From: Sulfurimonadaceae bacterium
GTDB taxonomy: Bacteria > Campylobacterota > Campylobacteria > Campylobacterales > Sulfurimonadaceae
DNA length: 30,041 nucleotides
Direction of reading: 5' to 3'
NCBI GenBank assembly: GCA_041559595.1
Contig: JBFFDB010000001.1
Location: 1-30,041 of the forward strand
In this document: in pieces, positions 24,833-30,041 of the stretch
Numbering within the stretch: position 1 is the first letter of the stretch
How the letters are laid out: each line of letters starts with the position of its first letter
Notes under the pieces: generated by a model
Told to the model about the DNA's origin: nothing
Databases searched by the model: none
The model's input: the letters and a program-made list of their open reading frames with translations, nothing else
Translations under genes and position numbers: made by a program

Positions 24833-27280
24833 GTGGAATACAATCCATCCGAAGTAGAAAGTAAATGGCAGAACTTTTGGGAGAAAAACGAAAGTTTTGA
24901 ACCTAGTGAAGATTACACATTAGATAAAAAATATATTTTAAGTATGTTCCCTTTTCCAAGTGGACGTTTACATATGGGTCATGTTCGTAATTATACAATT
25001 GGTGATGCTTTTGCTCGTCATTATCGTCAAGCAGGCAAGAATGTTTTACACCCAATTGGTTGGGATAGCTTCGGTATGCCAGCAGAAAATGCAGCGATTA
25101 AAAATGGTGCACATCCAAAAAAATGGACCTATGAAAACATTGATTATATGCGTGCGGAACTTTCACGTTTAGGGCTTTCATTCTCTCAAAAAAGAGAGTT
25201 TGCAACTTCTGATGAGCTCTATACAAAGTTTGAACAAGGTTTTATTATTGATATGTTCAATAAGGGTCTGATGTATTCAAAAACTGGTCTACTTAATTGG
25301 TGTGAGAATGACCAAACTGTTCTTGCAAATGAGCAGGTTGTAGATGGCTGTTGCTGGAGATGTGACACGCCTGTTGTCAAAAAAGAGATGAACCAGTACT
25401 ACTTCAAAATTACTGATTATTCAGACGAACTCTTAGATGACTTGAAAAAACTTGAAGGCGGTTGGCCTAAGCAAGTATTGACTATGCAAGAAAACTGGAT
25501 TGGCAAGTCAACAGGTCTTGAGTTCGATCTTCATTTTGATGAGGCATCAAAGGCAAAGTTAAACAATACTTTTGAAAAATTCGATGTCTTTACAACGCGT
25601 CCTGATACTATCTATGGTGTGAGCTATTGTGCACTTGCTCCTGAGCATGATATTGTGACCTATATGCTTGATAATGGCCTTTTAAGTGAAGAGTCTACTA
25701 CAGCTATTAAGGCGATGAAAAATGCTTCGTCTATTGATAGACAAAAAGAAAAAGCAGGTGTGTCACTTGATATCTCTGTAATCCATCCATTAACAGGTAA
25801 GAATATCCCTGTATGGATTGCTAACTTTGTTCTTATGGATTATGGTTCGGGTGCAGTTATGGCTGTTCCTGCTCATGATGATAGAGATTATGATTTTGCT
25901 AAAAAGTATGACCTTCCTATCAAGGCAGTTATCAAACCAAAAGAGGGTGAACTCCCAGAAGGAAAAGCCTTTACCGAAGCCGGTGTTCTTTTTGACTCAG
26001 GCGAGTTTGATGGCTTAGCTTCTAAAAAGTCTCAGGGTACAATCATGCACCACTTTGATACTAATGGGCTTGGTAAAAAAGTGATTAACTTCAAGTTAAA
26101 AGACTGGGGTGTTTCTCGTCAGCGTTACTGGGGTGCGCCACTTCCATTTATTCATTGTGAAGACTGTGGCCTCGTAATGGAGAAAAAAGAGAACCTGCCT
26201 GTAGCACTTCCTGAAGATGCACAAATTACAGGGGAGGGAAATCCTCTTGATCACCATCCAACTTGGAAGCATTGTAAGTGTAGTCAGTGTGGAAAAGATG
26301 CTATTCGTGAAACTGATACAATGGATACCTTTGTGCAATCATCTTGGTATTTTTTACGTTATACAGCAAGTCCTGGTATCTGGGAAGATAAGGCTTTTGA
26401 TAAAAAAGAGCTTGATTACTGGATGGGCGTAGACCATTATATTGGCGGGATCGAGCATGCTATCTTACACCTTTTATACGCACGCTTTTTTACAAAGGTT
26501 ATGCGTGACCTTGGGTATGTCAGTTCAGACGAGCCGTTTAACCACCTACTGACCCAAGGTATGGTTCTTAAAGATGGGGCAAAGATGTCTAAGTCTAAGG
26601 GAAATACGGTTGACCCTGATGCGCTTGTAGAAAAATACGGTGCGGATACTGCGCGTCTATTTATCTTGTTTGCTGCACCTCCAACTCAAGAGTTAGAGTG
26701 GAATGATTCAGCTGTAGAGGGTGCTTATAGATTCTTAAAACGTTTTGCAGACAGATCGAGCCGTGCAAATGTAACCGATACGATTCCAACTATTGATCAT
26801 GATAGTCTAAGTAAAGAAGAAAAAGCGGCACGTAAAAAAGTATATGAAGCACTTAAACGCGCTAATGAAGTCTTTGCTGAGAGACATACTTTTAATACAC
26901 TCATCGCTGGTGTGATGGAAGCAATGAACGCACTTAATGAACAAGATAATGCAGATGTATGGACAGAGGGTTACTGGATACTTTCAGCTATCATCGAACC
27001 TATTGTTCCTCACTTAGCATGGGAAGTTTCTGATACGCTATTCAAGCGTAAGAACTTTGTACCAGCTACTGTGCTTGAAGAAGTATTTACAGTAGATAGC
27101 ATTACATTAGGTGTTTCTATTAATGGGAAAAACCGTACACAGATTGAAGTCTCTCCAACAGCATCTAAAGATGAGATATTAGCGCTTGCAAAAGTTGAAG
27201 CTGCTAAATGGTTAGAAGGTGTCAGTATTGTGAAAGAGATCGTTGTTCCAAATAAACTGGTAAACTTGGTAGTAAAGTAA
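24833..27280 (+). CDS. leuS: Leucine--tRNA ligase
   Basis: HMGH (HIGH) and KMSKS motifs; editing-domain motifs TTRPDT and [13 protein letters not shown] intact. GTG start. Confidence 0.98.
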   Translation: MEYNPSEVESKWQNFWEKNESFEPSEDYTLDKKYILSMFPFPSGRLHMGHVRNYTIGDAFARHYRQAGKNVLHPIGWDSFGMPAENAAIKNGAHPKKWTYENIDYMRAELSRLGLSFSQKREFATSDELYTKFEQGFIIDMFNKGLMYSKTGLLNWCENDQTVLANEQVVDGCCWRCDTPVVKKEMNQYYFKITDYSDELLDDLKKLEGGWPKQVLTMQENWIGKSTGLEFDLHFDEASKAKLNNTFEKFDVFTTRPDTIYGVSYCALAPEHDIVTYMLDNGLLSEESTTAIKAMKNASSIDRQKEKAGVSLDISVIHPLTGKNIPVWIANFVLMDYGSGAVMAVPAHDDRDYDFAKKYDLPIKAVIKPKEGELPEGKAFTEAGVLFDSGEFDGLASKKSQGTIMHHFDTNGLGKKVINFKLKDWGVSRQRYWGAPLPFIHCEDCGLVMEKKENLPVALPEDAQITGEGNPLDHHPTWKHCKCSQCGKDAIRETDTMDTFVQSSWYFLRYTASPGIWEDKAFDKKELDYWMGVDHYIGGIEHAILHLLYARFFTKVMRDLGYVSSDEPFNHLLTQGMVLKDGAKMSKSKGNTVDPDALVEKYGADTARLFILFAAPPTQELEWNDSAVEGAYRFLKRFADRSSRANVTDTIPTIDHDSLSKEEKAARKKVYEALKRANEVFAERHTFNTLIAGVMEAMNALNEQDNADVWTEGYWILSAIIEPIVPHLAWEVSDTLFKRKNFVPATVLEEVFTVDSITLGVSINGKNRTQIEVSPTASKDEILALAKVEAAKWLEGVSIVKEIVVPNKLVNLVVK

Positions 27281-27281
27281 G

Positions 27282-27788
27282 ATGAAGTTGGTAAGAGTTC
27301 TTAACCTTTTTATTGCCCTTGTCTTCTTGTCTGGGTGTGGGTACATTCCTGCGTCAAAGCAGGCACGTAAGGTTGTAGGTAAGAATATCTTTGTTGAAGT
27401 GACAGTCTCTTTACAAGATCCAGAAAATGCAGTGTTAATAAAAGACGCTGCACGTAAGGCCGTTGTAACAAGATTCCACTCTTCACTCGTTCCTCAATCT
27501 CAAGCGGAGACGACACTATGGGTTGATCTTTCAAGCATTGGCTTCTCTCCTTTACAATATGATACAAATGGGTATGTAATCGTATACAGAGCAAATATCA
27601 GTATAAAAGTTACGCGGCGTAATAAGGGTGAGACGAGAATGTATACTTCACGTGGCTCATATGACTTTGCTATTGAACCAAATGCGATTATTACCGATAT
27701 ACAACGATTTCAAGCCATTCGTCAAGCATCGCTTAAAGCCCTGGATTCATTTGTAGCTCAAGTCGGTGCAGAGGGGACTCCGCTCTAA
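27282..27788 (+). CDS. lptE: LPS-assembly lipoprotein LptE-like
   Basis: Lipobox FLSG|CGY; canonical position immediately downstream of leuS. Confidence 0.8.
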   Translation: MKLVRVLNLFIALVFLSGCGYIPASKQARKVVGKNIFVEVTVSLQDPENAVLIKDAARKAVVTRFHSSLVPQSQAETTLWVDLSSIGFSPLQYDTNGYVIVYRANISIKVTRRNKGETRMYTSRGSYDFAIEPNAIITDIQRFQAIRQASLKALDSFVAQVGAEGTPL

Positions 27789-27802
27789 AAAAAGGATATT
27801 TC

Positions 27803-29341
27803 ATGACAATTAACCAGATAATCAAACGTGCCTTTGAACGTCTTAAAAAAGAAGATAAGCTGATGACGCCTGATGCTTATGCTGATGCTTTTTGTAAAGA
27901 AGCTAAGGCTGCTGGTATTTTAGTTGAAGACTGTAATCAAGTTGAAAAGTTTACAAAAAAACTTGACCAATCCTTTCAAAATGAACTGAAACAGTACCGT
28001 GTTAAAACAGTTAATGAGTTAATGACCTTTTTTATTGCTAAGCTTAATCGTTCTAATCCAACAGAAGCCCACGCTCAAAATAGCGAATTAAATGGACTTT
28101 TAAAACGAATTCTACAAACGATATCTTCTTTGCATAATGCAGAACTTAGTACACTTTCAACGAAGTCCATTAAAGATTTAGATCTTGTAACTAATGCAGA
28201 TCAAATAGCTAAGATAAAAACGGATTGGATTAATTTTTTAACTCAATATGATGATAGCTTTCTTGACCTTCTAAAGCCATATGGAAAAGTAAACAAAAGT
28301 GATATAAAAAGTACGATATCAAACTTGAAGTTTAAAGCATCAAGCTCAGATAATTTGGATGAGTATCAAAGTCTTGCAGTCCTTTTTATCGCTACACTAG
28401 TGCCTTCTATAGCATCAAGTGTTGATGAAGACTTGGCAAGCGTTTCTGAAGAGATAAGAAAAAATCCACAAAGCCTTAGTTCAACGAGTATGATGGCGTC
28501 TATTAAAAGTGCTATTAAACGTCGTATATCATTAGACAAAGAACACATCAAAAGTATGTTGCTCTCACTTGACAATGTACTTGAAAGACTCTCTATTCAA
28601 GTGCTTTCTCTGATTGATAGAACCGACCATTCAGGAAATGAGATAGCAAAGATCAAACGCAACCTTGAGAGTTTAGAACTGGGTGAGAATGATGATTTTA
28701 AGACAGCACATAAAAAGCTTTACACTATTGCAAATTCACTTGAAGAAGAGACACTGCTTTTAGGAACAGAGTTAAAAGAACATAATAATGAAATATCTGA
28801 GATGGAAAAGAAGATAAAGGCTTTAGAAGAAGAACTTTCAGAAGCCAAAAAAGCTTCGCGTGAAGATGCTCTTACAAAACTGTATAACAAACGTGCATTA
28901 GATGAGTTCATGGAGATAAGAGAAGGCGAATTTAAACGATATGAAAAACCATACAGTGTTGTTTTCTTTGATATTGATTTTTTCAAACAAGTGAATGATA
29001 CCTATGGGCACGAGGGTGGAGATATTGTTCTTAAAGGATTTGCAAAAGTCTTTAAAGAGGTCGCACGAACAGTAGATATTGTTGGACGGTATGGCGGAGA
29101 AGAGTTTCTTGCTATTCTAACAGAGACTGATCATAAGGGTGCTGTTGTATTTGCAGAAAAAGTCCGAAAAAAATTAGAAATAAGTCGTTTTGTTTATCAA
29201 GGTAAAAAGATTCAAGTAACGATTAGTGGGGGAATTGCTTTTAGAGAAAAATTTCCCTCTGTAAACTTGATGTTAAAAGCAGCTGATGAAAGACTTTACA
29301 AGGCTAAAGAAAACGGACGTAATCAAATAGTATATAAATGA
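27803..29341 (+). CDS. Soluble diguanylate cyclase with a long helical/coiled-coil N-terminus
   Basis: DALTKLYNKR, DIDFFKQVNDTYGHEGGD, RTVD I-site and GGEEF A-site; heptad-rich segment before the GGDEF domain; no TM helix. Confidence 0.92.
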   Translation: MTINQIIKRAFERLKKEDKLMTPDAYADAFCKEAKAAGILVEDCNQVEKFTKKLDQSFQNELKQYRVKTVNELMTFFIAKLNRSNPTEAHAQNSELNGLLKRILQTISSLHNAELSTLSTKSIKDLDLVTNADQIAKIKTDWINFLTQYDDSFLDLLKPYGKVNKSDIKSTISNLKFKASSSDNLDEYQSLAVLFIATLVPSIASSVDEDLASVSEEIRKNPQSLSSTSMMASIKSAIKRRISLDKEHIKSMLLSLDNVLERLSIQVLSLIDRTDHSGNEIAKIKRNLESLELGENDDFKTAHKKLYTIANSLEEETLLLGTELKEHNNEISEMEKKIKALEEELSEAKKASREDALTKLYNKRALDEFMEIREGEFKRYEKPYSVVFFDIDFFKQVNDTYGHEGGDIVLKGFAKVFKEVARTVDIVGRYGGEEFLAILTETDHKGAVVFAEKVRKKLEISRFVYQGKKIQVTISGGIAFREKFPSVNLMLKAADERLYKAKENGRNQIVYK

Positions 29342-30041
29342 ATCTAGATACCTTTTTAGCCGAGAAACCACTTTACTACACAGAAATTGATTATACACGC
29401 ATGCCACGTGCCTATACCTCTATCAAAGATAAATTATCCTTGCCTAAGATCATTCATCTTGTAGGGACCAACGGGAAGGGAACAACAGGCCGTTTTATTG
29501 CAAATGCATTAGTCGCACTGGGGCAAAATACCGGCCACTATACTTCTCCCCATGTTTCAGAGTTTAATGAACGTATTTGGCAAAATGGGAAAAACGTTTC
29601 TTATACTGACTTAGAAGAGGCACATCAAAAATTACTGATGATTCTTCCTATTGAGTTTCAAAAGAGCCTGAGCTATTTTGAGTACACCACTTTTCTTGCT
29701 ATCGTCGTGTATGAAAACTGTGACTATATTGTACTTGAAGCTGGTTTAGGTGGTGAGCATGATGCGACCAATGTCTTTGATAGAGTTTTATCTGTAATAA
29801 CACCGATTGGGCTAGACCATCAAGATTTTTTGGGACATACCATAGAAGAAATTGCAACTACTAAGTTAAAAAGTGTGAGAAATAAGGCCATACTTTCACA
29901 GCAGGTATACGAAGAAGTACGTGACGTAGCTAAAGGTTTAGAAGATGAGAAGATACACTTTAGAGAGTATAAAAAGCTTTTGAATGAAGAGTCAATTGCT
30001 CTTGCAAAAGAGATTGCCCATGATAAAGAGATGCCACATTA
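29338..30041 (+). CDS. folC: Bifunctional folylpolyglutamate synthase/dihydrofolate synthase, 5' part (runs off the window)
   Basis: Hand translation MNLDTFLAEKPLYYTEIDY...IIHLVGTNGKGTTGRF, later GHYTSPH, LEAGLGGEHDATN and TPIGLDHQDFLG. ATGA overlap with the upstream stop. Absent from the ORF track because it has no stop in the window. Confidence 0.95.
   Translation, partial: MNLDTFLAEKPLYYTEIDYTRMPRAYTSIKDKLSLPKIIHLVGTNGKGTTGRFIANALVALGQNTGHYTSPHVSEFNERIWQNGKNVSYTDLEEAHQKLLMILPIEFQKSLSYFEYTTFLAIVVYENCDYIVLEAGLGGEHDATNVFDRVLSVITPIGLDHQDFLGHTIEEIATTKLKSVRNKAILSQQVYEEVRDVAKGLEDEKIHFREYKKLLNEESIALAKEIAHDKEMPH

Noticed and set aside
1-30041. CRISPR arrays, tRNA/rRNA/tmRNA, T-box or riboswitch leaders, IS elements, long poly-G/C phase-variable tracts
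   Set aside because: None seen by eye. Intergenic gaps are short, the 104-nt leuS leader has no T-box motif, and the longest G run noticed is 6 (15121-15126) inside uvrD. A covariance-model search was not possible.

Overview
Core chromosomal segment of a Campylobacterota (epsilonproteobacterial) genome, most likely Sulfurimonas/Sulfurovum-like. The call rests on gene order, the CACHGG Rieske protein and the diheme cytochrome c1. Three conserved blocks are recognisable: mnmG ... petABC; uvrD-truB-csrA-ispE-smpB; and lnt divergent from yajC-secD-secF-(membrane protein)-leuS-lptE-GGDEF-folC. Several accessory-looking genes sit at the junctions: a two-subunit 2-oxoacid:ferredoxin oxidoreductase (korAB type) between mnmG and petA, an AraC + membrane PAS-GGDEF pair, a PhyH dioxygenase-lrgA-lrgB tail fused onto the smpB operon, a CysL-like LysR facing a cysK operon, and an OprO/P-like porin between lnt and yajC. 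I saw no rRNA, tRNA, CRISPR array, transposase, integrase or phage gene. Nothing here is a demonstrably new system. The best candidates are the foreign-type KorAB, the PhyH-LrgAB module and a LysR-type operator lying over the promoter of the operon that carries it. Family assignments come from motif recognition, not database searches, and synteny statements are recalled from C. jejuni and H. pylori.
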